This document shows positions 47,856 through 61,819 of a stretch of 64,000 bases of DNA, piece after piece; within the stretch, counting starts at the first letter, position 1; each line of letters begins with the position of its first letter. The notes below the pieces were generated by a model. The model was given only the letters and a program-made list of their open reading frames with translations. It was not told the DNA's origin and ran no database searches. The position numbers were made by a program, and so were the translations under genes. The DNA is from Takakia lepidozioides. Taxonomy: Eukaryota; Plantae; Bryophyta. The stretch lies in the NCBI GenBank assembly GCA_030704615.1, contig CM060731.1, positions 74,834,001-74,898,000 on the forward strand. Direction: 5' to 3'.

Positions 47856-50800
47856 ATATCTTCTTCTGCAAGGAAACTGGACATATCATTAAGGATTGCC
47901 GCAAGAGAAAGACAGCCGAATTACACCTAGGAAATATTACAGTGGAAAATAGCCAGCTTTATGTAGCGGCACTGATCACGAGCAAATGCAAGGATTCAAC
48001 ATGGTATGTGGACACTGCAGCCATACAACATATGGCGTATGACAAACATACATTTTTTGACGTACAAGCCATAGCCAAAGGGACCAGTTGTTTATCTGGG
48101 AGACGATACAACGCATAAAAAATTGGGCGAAAAAATTGCTGTCATACAACTATGTGATGGTCAATGCAAGGAAGTACCTAATGTTCTTCATGTACCTAGA
48201 CATGAAAAACTTGTTCTCAATTAAGCAACTAGACATAGCTGTCCAGAGGGGAAATGAATATCAAAGAAGATAGATGCAACCTAAAGAATTCAAAATGAAC
48301 CTTATAGCTAGTTGTTAGAGTGAGAATGACTTACAAGCTATGGACTGCAATAGAATGCAATCAAACATGAATGCCGATAGTGTTAGAATCCAACAAGATT
48401 GACCGATTGGGACATATAAGTCAAGCAAGAATGCAACAATTATAAACTAATTCAATGGTGAGAGGATTAGATTCTACAGATGTCAAGCAACTAACATTAT
48501 GTAGTGACTGCATCTCGGGTAAACAACATAGAGAGAAATTTCTTGTAGAAGGAGGCACTAGAGCTACAGAACTACTAGGCCTCATATATATATAGGTATA
48601 TGCGGACCAATGCAGACTGCAACACAAAATGGGTATAAGTACTTTATCACTTTCATAGATGAATCTCTCTCAAGATTCACAACATATAAAACACCCAGCA
48701 GGAAGTTCCAAATTTATCTAATTTGCCAATGGGTAGTCGTTTACTTATTAAGGCATACGTTTGAGCGATTTAAAAAATCAGCTAAACAAAAAAATAAAAG
48801 TTCTTAGGGCTCATGGAGGTGGGAAATACACATCTACGGACTTTTATCTATTCTGTCAAAGTTATGGAATAAAAAGATAATTCATAGAGTAGTAGGTACA
48901 CCGCAACAAAATGGAGTGTAAAAGAGAAAGAAAAGGACTTTAATTATGGGAGCGGTACTTTCTATGTTGCATCATTCTAATCTACCCAATTCTTTCTTGG
49001 GGGGGGGGGGGGGGGGGGGGGCTTAATGACTACCAATTATCTACAGAATAGGTCACCAACTACAGCCGTAAAAGAAAACAAGACACCAATCGAGATGTGG
49101 GTTGGAGTAAAACCAAATATCTCACATCTTAGAGTCTTTGGGTGTAAGGCTTATGCACTAATTCAAAAAGATAATAGGAAGAAACTGGATTCTCACACAG
49201 TAGAATGTACATTTCTGGGATATAGCGAAGAGGCTAAAGCTTATAGATTATTAACAACACAAAAACAATAATCATGAATATCGAGGGATGTGGTGTTTAG
49301 AGAGACGGGTTACAAATCAGTAAGAGATACTAACATAGAAGAGAGAATGCAAGCAGAACAACAGAATGACCTGCAGTTAGATTCGTCTTTATTTAAACAG
49401 TATCCAAACACTAGTAATCAACACCTTTATAGATCACCACTTAATATATGTCCTCATGTACAAGCTTCTCACATATCCAGTGTACGTCCACTATTACTAC
49501 CCTCACAATCTGTGACATAAAATCAAGAAGTGGGAGCAATGCAGCCGACTAATTTGACAGGTTCAATCAGTCATCCGTATAATCACATACAGGAAATTGT
49601 GAGAGAGAGATCATCTAATATAGATATGAATACAACCCCACAACAAAGATGGGGTTAGAAATAGAAGGAATGAAGCCTTGGAAAGCTCTTATTATTCAAT
49701 TATCAATTACAGAACCTACTACTTTTAAAGAGGCTCTATCAGGGTCAAATGCACAAGTTTATGGGGAGAAAGTTATAGAGTCAGAGCTTCTGTCACTTAA
49801 GAAAAATACCATCTGGTCATTAATTGAATTACCTGCTAATCGTAAAACGGCAGCCTTGTGTAAATGGGTTTTTAAGGTGAAATTAAAAGCTGATGGAAGT
49901 ATAGAGAAATATAAAGCGCGTTCAGTAGCACAAGGTTATTCTCAGATTAAAAGGGAAGATTATGATGAATCTTTTGCACCTGTAGTGAAGATCACATCAA
50001 TTAGAGTTATTCTACCTATAGCAGCTCAACTTACAAATCAAACAAATGGATGTTAAAACGGCATTTCTAGATGGTCATCTAGGAGAGGATATCTATATGA
50101 ATATACCATAAGGACTTAGTTTACAGTCAAATACAAAGTTGGTCTGTAAATTAAACATATCGCTTTATGGACTGAAACAAGCACCTACAACATGCATGGT
50201 ATCAATGGATTCCAACGTAGTACTCTAGACACTAATGTATATGTTAAGGAACAAGAGAACTAATATTATGTGTTTCTAGCATTATATGTTGACGATGTTG
50301 TTATAGTTAGTAATGACTCCAAAGGTTTACTACAAGAAACAAATGAGTTATTAGAATCCAAGTTTGAAATGGTGGATCTTGGTGACATATATTATTGCGT
50401 AGGGACACAGATATAAAGAAATAAAGAAGAGGTATTTTAATGTCACAAGAAAATTATGTAGATGGGCTGATTCAGAGGTACAACGTGGATACATATAAAC
50501 CTATATCTACTAGCTCCATTGGAAACTTGAGTGTAGTTGCCACAAGAAGATAGTCCTAAAGCCCTAAAAAAAAAAAAAAAACTATGGGATATGTTCCATA
50601 TCAGAGCGCAGTAGGAAGCCAGGTTATGTTTCTTATGGTATGTACAAGACTAGACGTATCATATGTTGTTGGAACATTGGCGCAACATTTGAGCAATCCA
50701 GGAGAGAAGCATTGGAGTGCTCTGAAAAGGATCATACGGTACTTACAAGGTACCAAGGAAAAGGGAGTAGTATTTAAAATGAACTTAGACGAAATTTTTC

Positions 50801-51210
50801 CTTTGCAAGGTTACTCGGATGCGGACTAAGGTGGAGATCATGTAGACAGCAGACACTCAACATCAGGATACTGCTTAATTTTCTCAAGTGGAGTGGTTAG
50901 TTGGGGAAGTAAGAAACAACGTGGCTTTGTCAAGCACTGAAGCGGAATATATATCTTTGTCAAGAGCAGCGCCTATGGTAGTACTCATTATGATGACTGG
51001 CTGATCTCAACTTGTTTTCTTGATAATCAAAATAATCAAAAGTGAAATAGAATGTGAAGTTCTATGATAGGAGTAAGCACATCGACATACAGTTTCATTT
51101 CATTGAGAGCAAATAATGATAAAAAAGAAAAAATGTTGGCAGACGTACTTACCAAGAGCTTGTCGAAGGAAAAATACTATTATTGTATACAAGGACTCGT
51201 ACTGCTTGAC
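47855..51210 (+). mobile_element. Degenerate Ty1/copia gag-pol (Zn knuckle, protease, integrase, RT, RNaseH)
   Basis: FFCKETGHIIKDC, WYVDTAA, HLRVFGCKAY, CKWVFKVK..YKAR, LYVDD, PYQSAVGS and MLADVLTKSL. Confidence 0.88.
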
Positions 51211-51849
51211 ATCAATTCAGACATTGATCAGAAAAACCTTTTAAAAAAAAATTTAAGAAAGTTCAGACACCTTAATAATTAATTAACTAATCTCTCGTCA
51301 GTAGGAGTAGTATACTATGCAACTAAGGTAATATTTACAGTTAGGACATTGTATACTAAATGAGTATTATGATAATCACTACTGTAGTATTCTAAAATAT
51401 TTTAAATCATTTATATAATATAAGAAAATTAGACCATCATTACTTATGGAGCAATATCAACTACTAACACAATGGTTTTCTTGTACTATGTTTGAACTGA
51501 GTAGTATAATATAAAAGATTGTTGTCATGTTGTGTGGCATTAATTAAAAGAAGTAAATCCACCAACGAAGACACGTGTCTAAGAAGAAATCTCCAATCAT
51601 GGCCAATAGCCATGTCGGATTTTGTCACCAGTATACGAGAATACTAGGTGGTTAGACAATTATGCCATGTCAACATCCACATGGTAGGGGGATGAGAGTA
51701 TTGGTAACTATTATATAAACTGTTCATGCCATGTCATGAGTTTTACTACTAGGCTGTCTGAATCCACTGGTTCTTTGTAACTCGGACTAGACCAATAGTA
51801 GGATGTCTTTTACTACTTAAAATGAGTAGTAAGAATCCCATTTTCCTTC

Positions 51850-54800
51850 TAGTGACGTGGATTTTCTACTGTCTATCGATCCGCATCACAACCCAACCAA
51901 AGTGGAAGCATGTTGTCTTTGTGAGGAATATTAAGACCACTTGCTGCTGTACCTTTTAAGTATCTAAAGATACATTTGACTACCTGCCAATGTGCTGGTC
52001 TCGGATATGAGAAATGTTGAGATACTATCCCCACTGCAAATGCTAAAGTAGGGCGGGTATATATCATAACATAAGCTGTCAAAGAGCCCACGACTTGTTG
52101 ATAAGGGACATGATGTTATGATTGCTTCCACAACTTCAGCTGTTTGAGGGGCTTGAGTTTTATAAGGTTTAAGATTGATTCCAAGGGAGTGGCGACACAT
52201 TGGCATTGTGTCATGCCAAATAGAATAAGTTTCGATTTAATATAGTGAGCTTGAAATAGAAAAATAGTACGTATCAGCAGTGCGATTACAAAAAATTTAA
52301 ATTCAATAAATAGTGAATAGGTCCGTGATCAATCATCTCCAAGGCTGATTTTAACTTAGTCTTGGTATGATGTAAAAGTGACTGATTATCACAAACCAAA
52401 ATTTCATCATTTGTACGTATAGTGCAATAATCAGTCGGGGCGTCCTTGAATATAGACATTCTACGCCAATCGTTTAAATCCAGGATAAGGTAACAATCAA
52501 TTTTTTCGTACCAACCACATGAAGCTTGTTTAAGACCATAAAGACTTCAAAGAAGTCAACACACTTGATGTTCATTGTCTGCTTGCACAAAGTCTTTAGG
52601 TTGTCTCATATGGATTTCTTCTTTGAGTTGGCCGTGTAAGAAAGCTATTTTTACATCCATTTGGTAAACCTCCCAGTTGTAAATTGCATTGTAAATTGCA
52701 GCTAGGGCTAAAAGAATGCGAATGGAGGTAATCTTGACCATGTCAGAAAAAGTATCATGGTAATCAAGACCTGTATTTTTTTTCGAGACTCTCGTGTAGA
52801 AAAATACTCAAATCCTTTCATTCTATCTGCCATCCTTATGGCCTTATCTATAGAGGGGTTCTTGTCTCTCTACCTCTTTATTGATGATTGGCTTTACTCC
52901 ATATACAAATTTAATTAATCTGTCCAATGGAGTCAAATCTTCTATGCCCAACATACAACTTCGATACTGACTAACATTATCCCCTCAAAGAGTTTGTTGT
53001 AGTCGATACCATAACTCTCTCCATTTTCAAAATTGCATTGATGGGTGTAAATTCTTCTAAGAGTCAGTTTCTAAAATATACCCAGAAGCTCAAGCATTTC
53101 TTCTCTTCCCAATATTCTGCTTTATCCATCCATCGATCTGAATAAAATCCCTTAAAGAATGTGCTTACAAATTTCACCATCTGCCATACTTCTTGCAACA
53201 GTAGCATACTACTCTATGGAAAATAGCCAAAGCTCACACTCTTTTCTATCTTTCTTCCCATAGAATTCTGAATATGACTTGTTGCCTAAGAAGAGAAGTC
53301 GTTGGGCCATGTCGGATGCGGATGAATTCGATGATGAAGTGTCGCAACCGTTCATATCTCCCTCGGAGAGGATGGATGTAGGTTGACACTAGAATACAAA
53401 GGTAGCAAATGTTTTTAGGTAATAGAGTTCATAAATTTACTGTGATACAAGAACAATTTCTTTACTATTTAATCTAGGCAAGTAAATTCTATCTTATGAG
53501 AGTCTAAGAGTGTAAGCTAGTTATAGTGTTTTTGCCAGGATTTAATCTCCAACATGATCTCCGTGTAATCAAGTTGTGGCTGCCGGATATTCGGTCACAT
53601 TTTCTAAGCAACATGTTATCTTAGAGAGCAGTGGTGGACGGATGCTCATGTTGAATGAGGTGGGTTTTGGTGGTCTAGTTACAAGGTTGGCTCATTTGGC
53701 CCTAAAGTCACGACTAGCTTGAGAAAGTTAATGGATCCACATTTGGCCTTAACTGTCTCTAAGCCAAGCCTACACTATTCTAGTATCGTTTGGCGCCAAA
53801 TCTTTGGGGGTGAGGCTATCACTATAACAAATTATTTACAAAATAAATTACTCACAAAGACTATTGTCACTCCTGAGGGGATTTGGATAGGCCAAAACCT
53901 AATTAATGTCAGTCATTTGCAAATTTTAGATTGTCATGCATATGCCCACATTCCTAAACAACAACAGAAGAAGCTAGATGCTAAGAGCCGTAGGTGCAGG
54001 TTTCTGGGATATAGCATTGATGTAAAGGGTTATCGCCTCCTTGACATTGACACTCGAAAGATTTAGTATCAATTGTGATGTTGTCTTTCATGAGGACCAA
54101 CCCTCTCTCTAGTGGGAGTCACAATCTATTCCAATTAAGGAACCGGACACTTTTCAAGTGGGGGATGTTACGGTACCTATCCATCCTCTCCCACCCATTG
54201 TGCCCACTTGTATAACCTTTTCTCCCTTCACCACCTGTAGTGGCTATGGCTTTACCCCATATTCCACCACTATCTAATGTGATAGGTACTTATGTGCACA
54301 TTTCTTCTGCTGGATCTCTTGTTCTCCCCTCTAGAGGCGCAATGGACGTCCTATGATAAATCCAGGTTATTCTCATTAGATGATATTCAACATATTGCTG
54401 AGATTCAGTCATTCATACCAGAACATGCAGATCGTTCAGCCTCATGAGTTGATGGTCCACCATTTTCTGCCCTCACTGGCTTTAACATTTGGTTCTCAAC
54501 AAGATACAAGGTCTAGTCGCCTAGTCAAACCCAAACCTAAGTATATTCATTATCATGAACGTCGAACTTAGACTTGTCTCATGACTGAGCCATTGTTTTA
54601 CCAAGATGCTTCGACAAGGCCCGATGTTCACCATTGGTAGGCTGCAATTGACTCTGAGTTTCAATCATTGATGAAGAACCATACTTGGAAGCTTGCTGAT
54701 CTACCAGTAGGATGCAAACCTGTAAATTGCAAATTGGTATTTAATTGAAGATGAAGCCTCATGGAACAATCAAGCATTACAAGGCTTGGCTTGTTGTGAA

Positions 54801-55800
54801 AGGACATTCTGAAATATGTTTATAAAAAATTAAGCTTGATCAGTTTACCTATTTGAGTTTTTGATTATTGAAGATGCTAACAATTCTCGTCTTCATCCAT
54901 CCAACACGGTTGAGTTCATGATCATATATAAATACATGGTATTACATCAATAAAGCTATAACTTCAACAAACAATATGTTTTGAATTTGAAGTTCATCCA
55001 TGTAGGTGACCCCACTGATGCTACTTGTTTTAGAAGTTTAAACTCATGTATATGACTTTTCATATCAACTCCTTTACTCAAACTTCAGTTTACGTCTTAG
55101 TTTGTTTAAGCATACTTCTGGCATCTCCAACACCATTTTTGTCAAGGTGTGTAGGATACTATTAACTGTCTTACTATGCCATTATCTTTACGAAATTGAT
55201 CAAAGGCATTTGCAGAGACAAACTCCGAGCAAACTCCCCGCCATTGTCTGATCTTAGGGTTTTCCGGGTTTATCCTGTTTGTTTCTGCGTAAGAACCTTA
55301 TACTCTTTAAACTTCTCTAGAATTTATTTTTTTTGTTTTAGGAAATTGACAATGGTTCTTCTTGAAAAAACATCGATGAATGGGACAAAATAGATAGCTC
55401 CCCCAAGTGATGTGGTTTGCATAGGGCCACAGATATATGAATGCACAATCTTTAATAGAATCTTTGCACGTTGACCTCCGTCCTTCAAGAACTGTTGTCT
55501 GCGTGCTTGTCTTCTATACAACCCTTGCAAAGCTTAGTATGTTCCACCTCCTTTAAAAAGAGCCCTTCCACTAGGTTTAATTCTTTCAATTATTTGAGTT
55601 TCTTAGTGTTAATATGCCATAGCTGCCTTCTATGCCACAGTTTTGTATCTGAGATAGTCTTTTTCAAATGACTCCGTAACAAGTGCTCTTCTGATTGTAT
55701 TATGAATGTGTAACTTATACAAATTGTTTACCTTGATAGCTTTTGCTACGACATTTTCTTCAACATTGACTGTTCTTGAATAATACATTATATCCAGCTA
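51850..55800 (-). mobile_element. One degenerate Ty1/copia pol in three blocks: A 55096-55800 (-), B 53790-54816 (+, inverted), C 51850-52778 (-)
   Basis: A: VHSYICGPMQT..FID..RSDNGGEF..RSML. B: WGEA..NYLQN..KKLDAKSRRCRFLGYS..YKAWLVVKG. C: GLDYHDTFS.MVKITSIR..QMDVKIAFLHG..TRPTLAFAVG. Confidence 0.8.
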
Positions 55801-56189
55801 GAACTATCTTTATCACAGAAAGTAGAATCTAGCTCTAGAGTCTAATACTATATAAGATTTGGATTTAGCAAAAGGAATCTTATTAGACAAAGAGCTCACC
55901 TCCCAACCTTAAAAGCCTCATGATCAGACAACGACTGACTTCACCCCAAAGCTCAAAGTTTTACATCACAAGTCTAGTATGTTTTCTCAAATCTCATGAC
56001 ACCTGTTGAGACCTAATCTCTTGGGATTAGGCTAAAACCTACATAGATACAAGAGATACAATTGTCTATATGCTACTAACGACATTCTCTGCATGTGTCA
56101 CCGTCGTGGTTGGGGTTCAAATCATGCTACTCTGTCCTCTAGGTATAGGTTGTTGGCCCTCCTTTTAGTAGCGACTATCCATTTGTTTG

Positions 56190-56498
56190 TGTTAAATTTG
56201 AGAGAGAGAGATGTATATCACACACACATATATTTGTATTACAATAAGATGTGTATTTATACACTGTCAGAAGGTAAGACCTTTCAATATTCTAGAGGTA
56301 TGACTCTTAAGGAATAGTTGTGTCCTTTGATGGAAACCATTTGATGTGACTTTTGAAGTATACAGTTACTTATTTTTCAACACCCTCCCTCAACGAAATA
56401 CTTCAAAAAACTAATGAGACAACCTCCTTCTCTTATCTAGAGACGACTCTCATTAGATCTCTATTAATCGGTTGAGCACTAGCTCTGATACCATGTTA

Positions 56499-56571
<73 letters not shown>

Positions 56572-56740
56572 TATATCACACACACATATATTTGTATTAC
56601 AATAAGATGTAAATTTATACACTGTCAAAAGTTAAGACCTTTCAATATTCTAGAGGTATGACTCTTAAGGAATATTCGTGTCCTTTGGTGGAAACCATTT
56701 GATATGCCTTTTGAAGTATACAGTTGCTTATTTTCCAACA
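56190..56740 (-). mobile_element. Complete TRIM (terminal-repeat retrotransposon in miniature), 551 bp
   Basis: TG..CA LTRs at 56190-56382 and 56494-56740, tRNA-iMet PBS (agctctgatacca, 56481-56493), PPT ccctccctc (56383-56391) and a 5-bp TSD gtttg on both flanks. Confidence 0.92.
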
Positions 56741-57162
56741 GTTTGCATTGAAGGACCTTATGTATCTTGTTTATTACCATGGATTGATATTGATTAGTAT
56801 GATTTGGTTGCATGGTAGGACCATAAGTACCTTAAATCTTGAGTGGGTCCAGTTGGGCACATGCTCCCAATCAAATAAAATATATATCAAATTTGTCTGT
56901 AATATAGTGAAAGAAATGAATGCTTCAAATCTTTCATATAGACAAAGATGAATCAAATAGAAATTTTTATAAATTTATCTCTTACCTACATGGTGGTAGC
57001 CCTGTGTTTCATGCATTGTTTTTTCCTCTTAATCAATGGACTTTTGTTTTTTTGCCATGTTTGCTCCTTGTTAGTTTAGTTTTCAAGTTATCTCTACGTG
57101 TTCCAGGCTGGAGAAGTGTTAACAAAATATTACTCCTTACAAAAATGCATTAACATACCATG

Positions 57163-57995
57163 TTTTTTTTTTTTTTTTTGGACGAAAGGGGAGGTAGCCT
57201 TTGAGAGTTTTATTGAGGATTATTGAAAGGAAAAAATTCAACCCTTACATGACCGTAGGCGGCCATGAGGCAAATACTCACATAGACCATGATGGATGAC
57301 CCGAGGAGCAGTTACATGTTACATGTTTGTGTTACATGTTTTTTGAACAACATGTTGTGCTAATTCAGTAGATCAGCTTGTATAACACCTTCCCTAGGCT
57401 TACTTTGGCTATGTGCGGCCGCCCTGTAGCCACGGCTAAGTAACTACAGTTTAGCCAGCGACAGGTAGTGGTGGCTAGTGTGGTCGGGGCAGAAGTGGTC
57501 CTCTACCGAATTAACACTAACAGGCATAGTAGAAGTGGAGAAATTATCCACAAATAATAACTATATTAAGCATGTATTGAGCCTGTAGCTGTATGAGGGC
57601 TTTTATCATTGGTCATTTACATATCTTCATAGATAATTTGCCGACATGCTAGGGATGCATGTAGCTCAATGATTAGGGTACAAGATTAGCGTGGGAGCAG
57701 ATTCGAGTTCAATGCCCCCTTTGATACCTAGGAAGCAAAGCTTTACAAGCTATCATTCCCAGCTTGAAAGACATGGTGCAAAATTGTTCTGCTATGCTCT
57801 ATCTGTGAACCCAAACAAAAGACTAATAGTAACATACCAAGTTACTCAATACATACCCTCAACAAGCATCTAACTATCTAGATCCTAAGCTGTAAGTAAA
57901 TGGGGAGCTACCCAAACATGAATTTGATTCACCAACGGATTGACTGTTCTGATTGTTAGAACACGTGCTAGGGAATTCCAAATAGGCCTTGATGT
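57163..57995 (-). mobile_element. Possible degenerate 3' end of an L1-type LINE
   Basis: The T tract at 57163-57179 is a minus-strand poly(A), with an upstream AATAAA-like word. Coding similarity is weak. Confidence 0.3.
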
Positions 57996-58273
57996 GAAAT
58001 GCATCGCAATTAACTTGATCACCCCCCTAAAAGTGCGCAATTCAATTGAATTGCAAAAACCAGCTTCAAAAGAAACCTAACTTGCAATTCAATTGAATTG
58101 CAAACTATAAATTTTTACGATATAACATATATCATGTATATATATATGTATATGCATCGTAACGAGAGTATAAGCTGAATATACATGTTGCCCGTCTATT
58201 CCTGCTGCCCGTCCATCCTTTGCTTGTGGTAAGGCCTAAGTCACGAGATGAGTCGCGTAGCCTAAAGGAGAGA

Positions 58274-58311
<38 letters not shown>

Positions 58312-58881
58312 GAAGTGATGAAGGGTTTTTAGGGCAGAGGTGCCCTAAAAGTGAAAGGATCAAATCAGTTGGAGGACGAGAAGTAGCGAGAGAAGAATGC
58401 AACAACAGGAGATTTGTGGAGTGGTGGTGGAGCGGTGGTGGCGCTATGTATTATGGAAGCCTTCTTGGATCACCAAATGACAAGATCTGCCCATAAGTAA
58501 GCACATTCCCATACTGGCATGAGTTCCCCCAATCATTGATAAAGATATCATTTTAGCTAAAGCTGTACTTCTTGTGTACGTGCAGGTGACTCATGAGCTT
58601 TGAGGAGAGAACTTTAGGGGTAGTAGAGTGGGTTACCAAACGCTCCTCAACACACACACTGAAAGAAAGAGCTTGATCACATGGTTTGTCTTCAACCCGC
58701 CCACACTGTGTACTGTGGTTTGATAATACATTTTAGGATAGAGTAGTTGTTGTTTCAAAGTACATTTGGTTCATCTACTTGATAGCCTATGTGAACTTTA
58801 GTGACGTAAGTCCTATGGGGAGTGTGTGAGTGGATGCAGTGACTACAGAATTAACAGCAAACAATTACAACAAGGGCAAGG

Positions 58882-59362
58882 TTGAAGGCATTGGCACTGG
58901 GGCTATTAAGCAGAGATAAGACAGATCATGTGAGCATGGAAAACAACCATTTGGATGGTGACAAAGTAGTGGATGATTTAGTACTTTATGTGGAAGCAAT
59001 GTTGAATGAGGGTGCCACAATGAAATCAATCGCCACTGCCCTTTCTTTTGATGATGTACGACCATTGAGAAGATTGTTATCATAAGTCCAAGGGTCTCCT
59101 TTCAAAGTTCATCATCAATTGAGTGTCCAACGTTTGTGTGAAAAGATTCAAGAGTTACTTCTTATTGAAGAGAATGGGACAAATTGGGGAATGAGAACAG
59201 TGCAATTTGCCTTAAGGAGGTCAAATTTGCGGATTCCTCGAAGGAAGGTGGGGGAAGCTTTGAAAATCAGCTCACCCTACCATTATGAGCGTAGGAGAAG
59301 GGCACAGGCAATTCGGAGGACTCAGTATAATGTGACAATGCCTATGGCTCTATGGCACATTG
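58882..59362 (+). mobile_element. N-terminal half of an IS3EU/IS481-like DDE transposase, truncated next to the Gypsy insertion
   Basis: HTH-like start, then NWGMRTVQFALRR..RIPRRKVGEALK..P...ERRRR..IRRTQYNVTMPMALWHI, which matches the G.R.V...L....RR.Y.V..P..LWH.D signature preceding the integrase core. Confidence 0.6.
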
Positions 59363-59379
59363 TCTGTATGTATTTTATC

Positions 59380-60753
59380 TCATGCATACTTCCGGTAATA
59401 GGAGGCGAGTCCTAGGAAGGATCGCACTCCCGGGACCAAAGTCAGAGGCTCCCAGTCCAAGATCGCCCTCACCTTTCTGTCATCCATTTTGATCTCATCC
59501 TGTGTAATCACATGCCCCAAGAACTTCACTTTCGTGACCCCGAATTCGCATTTTGAAGCTTTGGCGTACAGCTTCCCTTCCCGCAACTTTTGGAACACCC
59601 TTTTGAGGTACTCCAGGTGTTCCTCCTTTGTTTTCGAGTACACCAAGATGTCGTCGATGTACACGATCACAAAGTCATCCAACCACTCCTGAAAAAGGTT
59701 GTTCATCAGCGTGCTAAAGGTCGCCGGTGCATTAGTGAGCCCAAAAGGCATCACCAAGAACTCATATGAACCATACCTTGTCGTGCACGCGGTCTTCTCC
59801 TCATCTCCTTCCGCCACCCGAATTTGATGATAGCCGGAGCGCAAGTCGATCCGGCTGAAATACTTCGCTCCTGCCAACCGATCGAAGAGGTCGTCGATCC
59901 TTGGCAAAGGGTACCGGTTTTTGATAGTCACTTTATTCAGAGCCCTGTAATCGACACACATCCGCAGTGTCCCATCCTTCTTGTCTGCGAATAGCACCGG
60001 GGCTCCGTAAGGTGACTTACTCGGCCGGATGTACCCCTTTGACATTAGATCCTTGAGCTGAGTCTTCAGCTCGACCAACTCCCTGTGGCTCAACCGGTAG
60101 GGTGCCTTGGCAGGCGGTTCCGATCCCGGTATCACCTCAATCTTGTGGTCAACTCCTCTTCGCGGTGGCAAGCCGCTTGGTAAATCCTCCGGCATCACAT
60201 CCTGGTATTTCTCCAAAATCCCCTTGATCCAATCTGGGCTCGGCTCCCCATCGCCTTCTCCTTTCACTTCTCTAATGTAAAGCAAAAACTGGGACTCGTG
60301 TGCCTCCTCCACGGCCCACTCCTTTGCTGACAGAAGGTTTATTCGCCCTCCCACGGATTTGGGCGTTTCCGACACTCGTAAAACCTCGCCACCATTCCCA
60401 CATGGCAGCGTGACTACTCTCTTGCGGCCATCTATGACCGCTCCGGATTTGCTCAAAAAGGTCATCCCCAAAATGAGATCCACTCCATCGATCTCGCAGA
60501 TGGTGAAGTTCTCACGTCCCTCCCAACTCCCCAGTTGAAGAGGAACATCAAACGCCAACCTTGTCGCCAACTGAGGTTCTCCTTTGGCAGAGCGCCCCTC
60601 AATAGAGGCCCCCACGTCACTTGTCGGGAGTCCCAACTTTCGCGCCGCCGCCGGCGTCATGAAGGAGTGCGATGTTCCTGTGTCCACCAACAACGACACG
60701 TTAGTTCCGGATATTATCCCATCCACGAACAATAACTGACTCCCTTTACGCAC
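59380..60753 (-). mobile_element. Ty3/gypsy (chromovirus-type) pol fragment: aspartic protease and RT
   Basis: [53 protein letters not shown] and [12 protein letters not shown]. Confidence 0.93.
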
Positions 60754-61819
60754 TTGGATTTAGGTCAAGTGTTAAATCAGGTGTCAAGTTTAGTTTGACA
60801 CCTGGTCCGTCTTATCTTCACGAGAGCGGCAGTCGCGCAGCTCATCTCTTTCGAGTTGAGCCTGCGCGACCGAGCTCCTTCATGCGTTTAGATTTGAGTG
60901 TGCTTATGATGGGAGTGTACGTTGTTGTGGGGTGGAGTCCCCATAGCTTGGGGTGCCCCTGGCTCGATTCTGTTTTAAAGAGTGATAGCGATGGATTCAT
61001 GTTGTTTTTGGTGTGAGCAGTGTGTTTTCTAGTTTTCTTATCACTCGAGAGAGATGCTCTCTTACCTGTGAGTGCAAGGTAGGAGTTGAGGGTTAGCACT
61101 TGCAAGATTACTTGTGTGTAAGTAGTGCTTAGTTTGAGAAGCATATCATTGAATGTGACCACAAGATTCAGCGTGCCCTGAAACGCCTGGAGGATGACGA
61201 TGCTAGAGCCGTCACTGTTGTTGCAGTCGCTGAAGCTACCAAGTCACCAGAGGCTTTGGAGTACACAAGGCAAATCAAGGAGAAGATGAAAGCTGCGGAG
61301 TACATGGATCTGGATGGGAAAGCAGACAACAAAATTCGGATAATGGAGGACGTGGAAGTAAAAAACTGGCAGCAGCCGACAAAAAGGGGTAGCAAGTTAC
61401 TTCACCAAAAGAAATTGGGGTCCCTGACACTCCAATAGGAGCACCATAATTTGCAAAATGGAACTTCTTGACAGTGACTTAGTCAAACGTGATAGAGACA
61501 TGAAAGAAACAAATCAAATCACAAAAAAATGGCTTGTCCCTGCATTGTATGCAACCAGGGATTTTTCACAATAAGAAGATAAAACCGAAACTCAAGATAA
61601 CTTTCAACAATACAAGGTCAGCAGATCTTCAATACGAAGATCAAAGATGAAGTCAACTTCAAGAGACGGAAGGTACTGAGCAAACTATAATGTGTCCATG
61701 TCATCATAACTAAATTATGAGCGCAACTACCAGGATAGCTGCAGAAAGGGGAAATCTACCTATCTAGACCTGGTTTCTGTTTTGGGGACTCTGCTAAAAA
61801 TCTATGGAATTTTTAGAGT

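Noticed and set aside
48999-49021. 23-nt poly(G) run
   Set aside because: It falls in the FWGEA-coding region of a dead Copia and is most likely homopolymer slippage or a sequencing artefact.
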